From Candidatus Entotheonellaceae bacterium (lineage in GTDB: Bacteria; Tectomicrobia; Entotheonellia; Entotheonellales; Entotheonellaceae), in the NCBI GenBank assembly GCA_965238075.1, contig OZ250173.1:1376001-1440000 (forward strand): a stretch of 64,000 nt of DNA. The letters run 5' to 3'. Shown one piece after another: positions 29,748 through 38,410 of the stretch; within the stretch, counting starts at the first letter, position 1; every line of letters starts with the position of its first letter. The position numbers and the translations under genes are program-made. Under the pieces are notes generated by a model. That model worked only from the letters and a program-made list of their open reading frames with translations, did no database searches and was not told the origin of the DNA.

Positions 29748-31055
29748 TTGAAAATCACCGTCATCGGCCTCGGCCACGTCGGCGCCGTCGTCGCTTCCGG
29801 GCTGGCTGCCGCCGGTCACGCCGTCCTGGGCATCGACATCGACCGCAGGCGCCTTGCAACGCTGCAGGCCGGCAAGGTTCATCTCTACGAGCCGGGGCTG
29901 GAGGCCCGTGTCGCCGAGGGGGTGCGCAAGGGCCAGTTGCGCTTTTTGCACCGCGACGAAGTGGACGAGCCGCTGGGCGCCGCCGTCGTCATTGCCACCG
30001 GAACGCCGCCGACGGACAGCGGCGCCGCCGATCTCAGCCAGGTCAAATCGGCCGTGGGCTGGGTCAAAGCCAGGGAGCCCCGGGAGCTGGCCGTGGTGAT
30101 GAAGAGCACCGTGCCGCCCGGCGCCGGCCAACGCCTGTTGCAAAACGACTTGTGGGGAACGGGTATCCGCTACGCCTCGAATCCCGAGTTTCTGCGCGAA
30201 GGGCGGGCGGTGGCCGACTGGGATGCCCCTGATCGCATCGTCATCGGCGCCGAGCCGGGCGATGACCGCGCCATCGCCGTCGTCAAGGGCATGCACGCCG
30301 GCATCGACGCGCCGCACATGGTCACCGACATCACCAGCGCCGAAATGGTCAAGTACGCCAGCAACGCCTTCCTCGCCACGCGCATCTCCTTCATCAACGA
30401 AATTGCCCTACTGTGCGACCGTGTCGGCGCTTCCATCGACGCCGTCAGCGAGGGGCTGGCGATGGACGCGCGCGCCGGCGCCCGTATTCACGCCGGGGTG
30501 GGTTACGGCGGCTCGTGCTTCCCCAAGGACGTGCGCGCCCTGGATTACCTGGCACTGACCAGCGGCGTGAGCGTCGACTTGCTGCGCTCGGTCATCAACA
30601 TCAACAACCGCCAGCGCCTGCTGCCGCTGTACGCCCTGCGCCAGCGCTTCAATGGCGCCCTGAACGGCGTGCGCGTTGGTGTTTTAGGGCTGGCGTTCAA
30701 GCCGCAAACGGACGACGTACGCGATGCCCCGTCGCTGTCGCTGATCCGGGAACTGCTGGACGAGGGCGTGCAGGTTCTGGCGTTCGACCCGCAGGCCAAC
30801 GACACTGCCAGCCGTCAGTTGCCCGCCGCCGTACGCATGGCCGCTAGTCCCACGGAGGCCGCCGAGGGGGCGCAAGCGGTGGTTCTGCTCACCGAATGGC
30901 CGCAAATCGTCCAGGCTGAGTGGCCGCGCATCGCCGCGGCCATGCGCTCGCCCCGCTTCCTCTTCGACGGCCGAAACGCGCTGGACGCCGACGCCATGCG
31001 GGCGTTGGGCTTCGAGTACGCGGGCGTCGGGCGCAAGGGTCTGCCTATCCAATAA
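29748..31055 (+). CDS. ugd: UDP-glucose/GDP-mannose dehydrogenase
   Basis: IGLGHVG, MKSTVPPG, SNPEFLREG, AEMVKYASNAFLA, GYGGSCFPKD, LGLAFKP.TDDVR, FDGRN; probable TTG start at 29748 after GAAGGA. Confidence 0.9.
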   Translation: MKITVIGLGHVGAVVASGLAAAGHAVLGIDIDRRRLATLQAGKVHLYEPGLEARVAEGVRKGQLRFLHRDEVDEPLGAAVVIATGTPPTDSGAADLSQVKSAVGWVKAREPRELAVVMKSTVPPGAGQRLLQNDLWGTGIRYASNPEFLREGRAVADWDAPDRIVIGAEPGDDRAIAVVKGMHAGIDAPHMVTDITSAEMVKYASNAFLATRISFINEIALLCDRVGASIDAVSEGLAMDARAGARIHAGVGYGGSCFPKDVRALDYLALTSGVSVDLLRSVININNRQRLLPLYALRQRFNGALNGVRVGVLGLAFKPQTDDVRDAPSLSLIRELLDEGVQVLAFDPQANDTASRQLPAAVRMAASPTEAAEGAQAVVLLTEWPQIVQAEWPRIAAAMRSPRFLFDGRNALDADAMRALGFEYAGVGRKGLPIQ

Positions 31056-31079
31056 TGCGCTGGGAAGGACTGGAACCAC

Positions 31080-31877
31080 ATGAAGATCGCCTATTTTGAC
31101 TGCTTTTCGGGAATCAGCGGCGATATGACGCTGGGGGCGCTGGTGGATGCCGGCGTGGACCTGGCGGTGATCCGCGAGGAGTTGGCCAAGCTGCCGGTGA
31201 CGGGATACCGGTTGGAGGCGCGCGTGGTCAAGCGCGGCGGCCTGCGGGGCACCAAGGTGGACGTAATCGTGGATGAGGCGGTGCAGCCGGCGCGACGCTA
31301 TACCGACATCGCGGCGATGATTTCCGAAAGCGAGCTGGAGCCCGAGATACGGAAGCTGGCGCTGGCGATCTTTCGCCGCCTGGGGGAGGTGGAGGCGCAC
31401 CTGCACGACGAGCCGCTGGACGCGATTCACTTTCACGAGGTGGGCGCGGTGGATTCAATTGTCGACGTGGTGGGCGCGGCCATCGGCGCACACGCCCTGG
31501 GCCTTGAGGGCGCGGTCGCCTCGCCGGTCAACGTCGGCCATGGTGCGGTGCACACCTCGCACGGTTTGCTGCCGGTGCCCGCCCCGGCCACCCTGGCCTT
31601 GCTCAAGGGGTATTCGGCCTATGCCGGCGATACCCGGCTGGAATTGACCACCCCCACCGGCGCGGCGATTCTCACCACCCTCGCCGACCGTTTCGGACCG
31701 CTGCCGCGCATGACCATCGACCGCATCGGCTACGGCGCCGGCAACCGCGACTTTCCCACAGGCCCCAACCTGCTGCGCCTCGTCGTCGGCGAGGTGCAGG
31801 CCGACGCCGTGCCGGACCACGTTCACCACCATCACCACGACCACGGGCATCACCGCCACGAGCACCATCACGCGTGA
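31080..31877 (+). CDS. larC: LarC-family nickel insertion protein (N-terminal part only) with poly-His tail
   Basis: YFDCFSGISGDMTLGAL, IHFHEVGAVDSIVD, HGLLPVPAPAT, ELTTPTGAAI, IGYGAG..D...NLLR; C-terminus DHVHHHHHDHGHHRHEHHHA. Confidence 0.85.
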   Translation: MKIAYFDCFSGISGDMTLGALVDAGVDLAVIREELAKLPVTGYRLEARVVKRGGLRGTKVDVIVDEAVQPARRYTDIAAMISESELEPEIRKLALAIFRRLGEVEAHLHDEPLDAIHFHEVGAVDSIVDVVGAAIGAHALGLEGAVASPVNVGHGAVHTSHGLLPVPAPATLALLKGYSAYAGDTRLELTTPTGAAILTTLADRFGPLPRMTIDRIGYGAGNRDFPTGPNLLRLVVGEVQADAVPDHVHHHHHDHGHHRHEHHHA

Positions 31878-31960
31878 TGGAAGTGAACCCGGACGGCTCA
31901 GGGCCATTCACGCGCGTGACCCTCAGACCGCGCGCCACGACCACGCCGGAGCGACCGTAG
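31877..31960 (+). pseudogene. Possible OsmC-family remnant
   Basis: MEVNPDGSGPFTRVTLRPRAT resembles an internal strand of OsmC-like proteins (recalled resemblance only). Confidence 0.3.
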
Positions 31961-32177
31961 CCTGCTCCCAGCCCGCCCGGCCCGAGAACTACCGGCAGGC
32001 CACTTTCTTGTGCCCGGGGTTGTAGTCATTCTCTGCAGTATCAGCTTGGTGTTGTTCGTGCGCGAGACATTCCCTGCGGAGCGCGTCGCCGCCCACCTTG
32101 ATCCTTTCCGGCGGGCTCTGGGCCGTGCGGCCATCTGGCTTGCAGGCATCGTGGCGGGTCCGCTGAGCGCAGCGGAA

Positions 32178-32230
32178 TGTCGGATTACGTTTCGCTAATC
32201 CGACCTACAGCTTGATGCGGAAATGCTCTA
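32178..32230. repeat. REP palindrome plus a solo MITE-like end
   Basis: tgtcggattacgtttcgctaatccgacctac (32178-32208), then cggaaatgctcta ending at 32230. Confidence 0.7.
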
Positions 32231-32662
32231 GCGCGGACTTGCCTGCGAAGGACGAATGCGCGGCCAGGCGTGCAGCGCGAAGGCGACGGCGGCCACGCCC
32301 TGCAGGACGCCGCCGCATACGAAGGTTACACCGGCGGCGGGCGCCCCCAAGGCAATCTCGACGGCCGGGTGCAGGGAGACCAGGAGGATGGCGGTGTTGA
32401 GCACCCAGTAGCTCGACCACGCCAGCGCCGTGTTGCCGCGGCCCCGGCCCGCTCCCAGACGCGGCAGAATCCAGTAGCTCACCCCCAGCGCACACTGCGT
32501 GACCCCACCCACCAGCACGAGATAGATGTGTGCCGGCAGCAGCACCCAAAAGAACGGGAAGCGCCCGGTGCCCTTCTGCACCAGAATCAACCCGCCCGCC
32601 AGCATGCCCACCGCCAGACAGATGAAACCGCCGCGCAGGAAGAACCGACTCAGCCTCGGCAT
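32228..32662 (-). CDS. 4-TM membrane protein, paralog of the upstream gene
   Basis: MPRLSRFFLR...PAHIYLVLVGGVTQCALGVSYWILPR; four hydrophobic segments. Confidence 0.75.
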   Translation of the reverse strand: MPRLSRFFLRGGFICLAVGMLAGGLILVQKGTGRFPFFWVLLPAHIYLVLVGGVTQCALGVSYWILPRLGAGRGRGNTALAWSSYWVLNTAILLVSLHPAVEIALGAPAAGVTFVCGGVLQGVAAVAFALHAWPRIRPSQASPR

Positions 32663-32665
32663 GCT

Positions 32666-33088
32666 TCAACGCCCCCGCCCGCGAATGCGCGACCAGATCG
32701 TGATCAGAAACGTCCACCCCGCCGCCGCCTGCAACACCGCCGAGCCCACCAGCAGCCATCCCAGACCGGGTTGCGGGCGGACGCCGTGCCAGGGCTCGAC
32801 AATCACCCGCAGCAGCAAGCCGACGTTCAGGGCTGCGTAAGTGAGCCATGCCAGCGCCGGGTAGCGGTGCGGCTGGCCTTTGGCAAAGGGCGGGAACATC
32901 CAGTGGGCGACGCCGAAAATGAGCTGCATGAGCCAGCCGACGAGCAGCATGTGCCAGTATACCGGCTGCAACACCAGCGGCACGCTGCGCTGCAGACCCA
33001 CCGCAATGAGCAGATAGCCGCCAAGGCAGGAACTGGCAACGAAGTACAGCATGGCAGTTTTGAGAAAATAACGGGTCAGCAGGGGCAT
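32666..33088 (-). CDS. 4-TM membrane protein (heme-copper oxidase subunit I-like fragment family)
   Basis: MPLLTRYFLK...PVYWHMLLVGWLMQLIFGVAHWMFPP...ALNVGLLLRVIVEP. Confidence 0.75.
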   Translation of the reverse strand: MPLLTRYFLKTAMLYFVASSCLGGYLLIAVGLQRSVPLVLQPVYWHMLLVGWLMQLIFGVAHWMFPPFAKGQPHRYPALAWLTYAALNVGLLLRVIVEPWHGVRPQPGLGWLLVGSAVLQAAAGWTFLITIWSRIRGRGR

Positions 33089-33202
33089 GGGTGGTTCTCC
33101 CGCATGGCGGAGGATGGGGCGACGTCAAGCGGTTGACACCTTCTCCGGGGCGATGATACGCTCGCCGCCGTTTTCGGACCCGTATCAGGATAGGAGATAG
33201 AC

Positions 33203-34003
33203 GTGATTTCGACCCGAGACAAGGCCGCCAACCGGAAAAAGCCGTTGCGCGGCTGCGCGCGGCTGTTGTGCCTCGCGGTGCTGTTGCTGGCAGGGTGGGC
33301 GGGACCAAGCTTGCCGGCCCAGGGCTGGTCGCAGCCCGACGCGGCTGTCTTGACGGACGTGGCCGAGCAGCTTGCCCGCTATTTTCCCAAAGTGACTGGG
33401 GAAGTGGTCAAGGTAGAGGACGGCAACATCTACTTGAGCCTCGGCGCCCGCGATCACGTCCTGCCCGGATTGCAACTGACCCTGCTGCGGTCACGGGAAA
33501 CCGCGCCCGCAACCGATGCCGCGCAGGTGGTCAACCGGCTCGAAGAGGCTATCGGCTACGTCATCGTCGAGCAGGTTTTCGAGCGTTACGCGCTGGCGCA
33601 ACTGCTGGCGCTGCCCGGCGCCGAGGCGCAGCGCGGTGACAAGGTCCGCATCACCTCGGGGCCGGTGGTCTTGGGGGTTCTGCCGGTTGCCAACACGACA
33701 ACGCAACCCCTCCCGCGCGGGCGCTGGACGACGGCGCTGCAATCGGCCCTCGAGGCCAACGGGCGCTTCCGCGTGGTCACCGCCAACCGCATTCTCCTGT
33801 GGTCCCTTGAGCACGATGCCCCTCTGGAAAACGGCGTGTCGCCAGATCTCCTGCGTCAGATGGCGCAATCCCTGCGCTTCACCTACGCAGTGGTGGCGCT
33901 GGTCAAGGACGTTGGCGGCGAGCCGGTTCTCGATGTTGCCCTCCTGTCCCCCCAACTGCAGCGCCTCGTCGCTTCGGGTTCCGCCTTCCTGCCGTCGCCG
34001 TGA
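33203..34003 (+). CDS. Hypothetical exported protein (FlgT C-terminal-like domain)
   Basis: Signal peptide; GEVVKVEDGNIYLSLGARD..PG..L...IGYVIVEQVFERYALAQ...GDKVR. Confidence 0.6.
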   Translation: MISTRDKAANRKKPLRGCARLLCLAVLLLAGWAGPSLPAQGWSQPDAAVLTDVAEQLARYFPKVTGEVVKVEDGNIYLSLGARDHVLPGLQLTLLRSRETAPATDAAQVVNRLEEAIGYVIVEQVFERYALAQLLALPGAEAQRGDKVRITSGPVVLGVLPVANTTTQPLPRGRWTTALQSALEANGRFRVVTANRILLWSLEHDAPLENGVSPDLLRQMAQSLRFTYAVVALVKDVGGEPVLDVALLSPQLQRLVASGSAFLPSP

Positions 34004-34016
34004 GCCGCTGTCCCGC

Positions 34017-34883
34017 TTAGTCTGACGGCACGAATCCATTGCCGTTCCACACGAACGACGCGGCGGTTAGCCGGCCATCCTGTCGGGCATGGATGACAAT
34101 TTGTGGCGCTCCTTGCGGCTGCGCGTCGATGCTGATTTTTTCAAATACGCCGCGTGAAACCACCGTCCCGGTCGCCGCCTCCGCGGTCAGCGGGTACGCC
34201 TTGCCAGCGACCACGACCACGACGACGTACCGGTTCTCCCCCTTCTCATAGACGAACAGCAGATCGTCCGGTTTTCCCGTGCCGCGCGCGTCTGCGTAGC
34301 GCAGCACCGAGGGTATGTCGTCCATTTGAAAGGCAGGCGGCGAGCCGTCCCCCGAACGTGGCGTTGCAACGGGCATCCCCAAATCGGCCGCTTTGGCCAT
34401 GTATTCGTGGCTTAGCGCCATGGGCTCAGTTGGGTCCTTGGCGGTCCGCGCCTGGCGCCAGTAAATCAATCCCTGCAGGAAAGCCGCCGCCGGGCTGTCC
34501 GGCTGCATCACCAGCGCCTGTTGCGCGCTTCTCTCGGCGCGCTGCAGCGGCGTCGCCTGCCACAGGAACGGAAAGACGCGCCGCGGCGTCTGCATCATCA
34601 GATAGCCCTGCGCCGCGCCCAGCAGCGCCCGCACCTGGGTGTCACGGCCAAACCACCGGTAGCCCGACTTGAACGCCTCGACAGCCTCGGATAGCAGGTC
34701 CTCTTTTTCCTCTCCGGCCGGTGCCAGGCGCGCCGCCGCCAGCAGGGCATGACCGCGCGCAATTTCCCGGACGGCCGTCGGAGAGCCGTCCGCTGCCACA
34801 ACCGCCGTATAGCCGAAAACGAGCAGGGCTGTTACAATGATTCGCGTCATGCGTTCCGCCATTCCCGACTCCCCACGGGCCAT
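34017..34883 (-). CDS. Hypothetical exported protein with a TPR-like segment
   Basis: Signal-like N-terminus; AERSAQQALVMQPDSPAAAFLQGLIY; start uncertain. Confidence 0.55.
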   Translation of the reverse strand: MARGESGMAERMTRIIVTALLVFGYTAVVAADGSPTAVREIARGHALLAAARLAPAGEEKEDLLSEAVEAFKSGYRWFGRDTQVRALLGAAQGYLMMQTPRRVFPFLWQATPLQRAERSAQQALVMQPDSPAAAFLQGLIYWRQARTAKDPTEPMALSHEYMAKAADLGMPVATPRSGDGSPPAFQMDDIPSVLRYADARGTGKPDDLLFVYEKGENRYVVVVVVAGKAYPLTAEAATGTVVSRGVFEKISIDAQPQGAPQIVIHARQDGRLTAASFVWNGNGFVPSD

Positions 34884-34928
34884 TCCCCGACTCCAAGCAT
34901 CTCAATCCCCGACAATAGAAAGCACGCC

Positions 34929-36107
34929 ATGTATATCGAAAGCTCAGAGCTATTGCGTCGCCTCTGTGCGCAAGCGCGAACCGAAGGACGATTGGCGATC
35001 GACCTCGAATTCATCCGCGAGAATACCTACGTCCCGCAACTGGCGCTGATCCAGATCGCCGTCCGCGACACCTGCGCCATCGTCGATCCGCTGACGGTGG
35101 ACGATTTGTCGCCCTTGATCGAGGTGCTGACGGACACCGACGTTCTCAAGGTGCTGCACGCCGCCGGCCAGGACGTCGAGGTACTGCATTGGCATACCGG
35201 CATGCTCACCCAGCCGATATTCGATACCCAGATCGCCGCCTCCATGGTTGGGCTCGGCGAGCAATTGTCATACGGCCGGCTGGTTGACGCCCTGCTTAGC
35301 GTGTCGCTGACAAAGGGCGAGAGCTATTCGGACTGGCTGCGCCGCCCGCTGTTGCCCTCGCAGACCAAGTACGCCCTGGACGACGTGCGCTACCTGCTGC
35401 CGATGCACGACCAGCTCAGCAAGCGCCTCAATGCCATGGGCCGGGCCGCATGGGCCGCCGACGAGTGCCGAAAATACACCGATCCCGCCCTGTACGAACG
35501 CGATCCGCGCACCCTCTACCGCCGCATTCGCAACGGCAAAAACCTGTCGCCCCAAGGGCTGGCCATTCTGCGCGAGCTGGCGGCATGGCGCGATGACGAA
35601 GCGCGGCAACGCAATCGCCCGCACGGGCGCGTTCTCAGCAACGAAATCCTGGTCGACCTGGCGCGCCGGGCGCCCCAGACGCGCGACGATTTGCAACGCC
35701 TGCGCGGCCTGCCGCAGCGCGAATTGGAGCGCTCGGCAGACGCCCTTCTGATGACGGTGCAACGCGGGTTCGAGGTGCCCGAGGCAGATCAGCCGCAGCC
35801 GGAAAACCGAGACCACCGCCTGACACCATCCGAGGAACTGACCGTGAAGTTCCTTGACGCCAGCCTCAAAGCCTTGTGCCAGCGTGAAAAGCTCCCCGCC
35901 TCGTTCATCGCCAACCGCAACGATCTCGAAACGCTGGTTCGGCGTTATCGCAAGGACCGACTCCCCACCGAGGGCAGCCCGGTGTTGGCAGGATGGCGTG
36001 GCGAGCTGGTGGGCCGGGAGTTGCTGGCCGTTCTCGAAGGGCGCCTCAGCCTCCACCTGCATCCCAAAACCGGCAAGGTCACCTTCACCGCCCGGCATTG
36101 CCGCTAG
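34929..36107 (+). CDS. rnd: Ribonuclease D
   Basis: AIDLEFIRENTY.PQLALIQ, LHAAGQDVE, FDTQIAA, SDWLRRPL, YALDDV, HRDC domain LRELAAWRD, LAGWRGELVG. Confidence 0.92.
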   Translation: MYIESSELLRRLCAQARTEGRLAIDLEFIRENTYVPQLALIQIAVRDTCAIVDPLTVDDLSPLIEVLTDTDVLKVLHAAGQDVEVLHWHTGMLTQPIFDTQIAASMVGLGEQLSYGRLVDALLSVSLTKGESYSDWLRRPLLPSQTKYALDDVRYLLPMHDQLSKRLNAMGRAAWAADECRKYTDPALYERDPRTLYRRIRNGKNLSPQGLAILRELAAWRDDEARQRNRPHGRVLSNEILVDLARRAPQTRDDLQRLRGLPQRELERSADALLMTVQRGFEVPEADQPQPENRDHRLTPSEELTVKFLDASLKALCQREKLPASFIANRNDLETLVRRYRKDRLPTEGSPVLAGWRGELVGRELLAVLEGRLSLHLHPKTGKVTFTARHCR

Positions 36108-36152
36108 GGCGGGCGGGACAAGGCTTGCCAGCCAAGGACGATCAAACCTGCT

Positions 36153-36977
36153 TCAAATGTTTGACCGCGACTGGCAGCCGTCCACGTTGATGCAGGCGCC
36201 GGTCATCAGCGACCCCCGCTGCGAGGCGAGAAACACCACCATCGCCGCCACCTCTTCCGGGTGGCCAAAGCGCCCCAAGGGCATCTCGGTGCGCACGAAA
36301 TTGGCGATGAACTCCGGGTTGTCCTGCTGCCGCCGCTCCCACGAGCCGCCGGGAAACAGAATGGAGCCCGGCGCCACCACGTTGACCAGAATCCCGTCTT
36401 GAGCCAGTTGCTTGGCCAGCGATTTCGACCAGCTGTTCATGCCCGCCTTGACCACGTTGTAGGTCATGGGGCCGCCCGCTTCCCGCCCGTAAATGGACGA
36501 GATGTTGATGATGCGCCCGCCGCCGCGCTGACGCATGAGCGGAATCGCCTGCCGCGAGGCGCGAACGGCCGCGAACAGGTTCAGGTCCAGCGCCAGGTTC
36601 CAGTCGTCGTCGCTGGCGTCCCACGTCTGGCCGCCCCGCGAGCCGCCCACGTTGTTGATCAGAATGTCGATGCCGTCGAACGCCGCCGCGGCGCCGTCGA
36701 TGACGCGCTCGATGTCCGCCGGTTGCGTCATGTCTGCTTGCACGCCCAGCACCACTTGCTGCGCTCGTGCTGCCTTGTCTTCTACGCTCGCTGGCGCTCG
36801 CTGTGCGGCGTGCTGTGCGGCCTCCTGCTCGGTCTGCCGCAGCGCTTCCTCGCCGCGCGCCGAAAAGGCGACCTTGCAGCCCTCGCTTGCCAATTCCAGC
36901 ACGATGGCCCTGCCAATACCCTTGCTGCCGCCGGTAACGACAGCCACTTTGTCTCGTAAACCTAGCTCCATGAACAA
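36153..36977 (-). CDS. Short-chain dehydrogenase/reductase
   Basis: TGGSKGIG, DILINNVG, NISS, YNVVK, INVDG. Confidence 0.92.
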   Translation of the reverse strand: MFMELGLRDKVAVVTGGSKGIGRAIVLELASEGCKVAFSARGEEALRQTEQEAAQHAAQRAPASVEDKAARAQQVVLGVQADMTQPADIERVIDGAAAAFDGIDILINNVGGSRGGQTWDASDDDWNLALDLNLFAAVRASRQAIPLMRQRGGGRIINISSIYGREAGGPMTYNVVKAGMNSWSKSLAKQLAQDGILVNVVAPGSILFPGGSWERRQQDNPEFIANFVRTEMPLGRFGHPEEVAAMVVFLASQRGSLMTGACINVDGCQSRSNI

Positions 36978-37004
36978 AACCCTTTCTTCAGGATGACGTG
37001 GAAG

Positions 37005-37034
37005 GTCGGATTACGCTACGCTGATCCGACCTAC
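37005..37034. repeat. REP palindrome
   Basis: gtcggattacgctacgctgatccgacctac. Confidence 0.7.
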
Positions 37035-37045
37035 ATGTGGAAACG

Positions 37046-38410
37046 TCAGGCACCGACGAGCACGACGTACATGTCCATGACGTTGGTGCCGGTCGGCCCG
37101 GTGAGCAACAGATCGTCGAGTGCCTGGAAGAAATGATAAGCGTCGTTGCGGTGCAGAAATGCCTCGGTCTGCAAACCGAGCGCTTCGGCGCGCGCCACGG
37201 TGCGGCCATCGACCAGGGCGCCGGCGGCGTCGGTGGGGCCGTCGGTGCCGTCGGTGCCGCCGCTGAGTACGACGGTGTTGTCCAGCCCGGCGACGTGCAG
37301 CGCGGCGGCGAGGGCGAATTCCTGACTGCGCCCGCCCTTGCCGTTGCCGCGCACGGTGACCGTCGTTTCGCCGCCGGAAATGACACAGGCGGGCGGGCGA
37401 ATGGGCTGTCCGCTTTGGCAAATTTCCTGGGCAATGGCGGCGTGCATGCGGGCGACGTGGCGCGCCTCGCCTTCAAGGGTGGATGACAGCAGCAGGGTCG
37501 TGTAGCCCCGCGCCTCGGCGGCCTCTTGAGCGGCGCGCAGGGCGAGGCGGTTATTCGCCACGACCACCGTCTGGCCCAGTTCAAAGACAGAATCGCCGGC
37601 CTTGGGCGTTTCGGGCGCGTCTCCCGCCAAGCCCCGCTGCAAATGGGCGCGAATGCTGCCCGGCAAGCGGTCGAGCAGGTCGTAGCGCGTCAGGATGTCC
37701 AAGCAGTCCCGGAACGTCGTCGGGTCGGGCACCGTCGGTCCGGAAGCGATGGCGTCGAGCCGGTCGCCCACGACGTCGGACAGCACCAGGGTGATCAGCC
37801 GTGCCGGGGCCGCCAGGCGCGCCAGTTGGCCGCCCTTGATGCCGGACAGATGCTTGCGGATCACGTTGATTTCGTCGATGCGCGCGCCGCAGTCGATGAG
37901 CAGGCCGGTCATCCGCTGTTTTTCGGCCAACGAAATGCCGCCGCTCGGCGCCGGCCACAATGCCGAGCCGCCGCCCGACAGCAGGCAGAACACGAGGTCG
38001 TCGGCGCCTGCCTGCCGCACCAGTTCCATAGCGGCGTTGGCGCCCTGCACCCCGGCGGCGTCCGGGATCGGGTGGGCCGCCTCATAGAGCCTCACCCGCT
38101 CCACGGGCGCGGTGTGTTCGTACTTCACCGTCACCGACCCGGCGCTGATGCGCTCGCCCAGAATTGCCTCCAGACCCTGCGCCATGACGGCGCTCCCCTT
38201 GCCGGTGCCGACGACGTAAATATGCGCAAAACGCCGCAGGTCATAGGCCACGCCGTCCACTTCCAACGTATCGCCACGACGCACCACGGCGCGCTGCACC
38301 GCCACCATAGGGTCCACGGCGGCCACGCCGGCAGCAAAAATGGCCCGGCTGTCGTCGCGTAACCGGGCCGGGGAGGATGGTGAGGACTGGGTGGGCGGAT
38401 CAAGTGACAT
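37046..38410 (-). CDS. Glycerate kinase, MOFRL family
   Basis: VVGTGKG, AAHPIPD, LLSGGGSAL, RKHLSGIKGGQLA, SDVVGD..IASGPT, GGETTV, TDGTDG, TGTNVMD. Confidence 0.92.
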   Translation of the reverse strand: MSLDPPTQSSPSSPARLRDDSRAIFAAGVAAVDPMVAVQRAVVRRGDTLEVDGVAYDLRRFAHIYVVGTGKGSAVMAQGLEAILGERISAGSVTVKYEHTAPVERVRLYEAAHPIPDAAGVQGANAAMELVRQAGADDLVFCLLSGGGSALWPAPSGGISLAEKQRMTGLLIDCGARIDEINVIRKHLSGIKGGQLARLAAPARLITLVLSDVVGDRLDAIASGPTVPDPTTFRDCLDILTRYDLLDRLPGSIRAHLQRGLAGDAPETPKAGDSVFELGQTVVVANNRLALRAAQEAAEARGYTTLLLSSTLEGEARHVARMHAAIAQEICQSGQPIRPPACVISGGETTVTVRGNGKGGRSQEFALAAALHVAGLDNTVVLSGGTDGTDGPTDAAGALVDGRTVARAEALGLQTEAFLHRNDAYHFFQALDDLLLTGPTGTNVMDMYVVLVGA

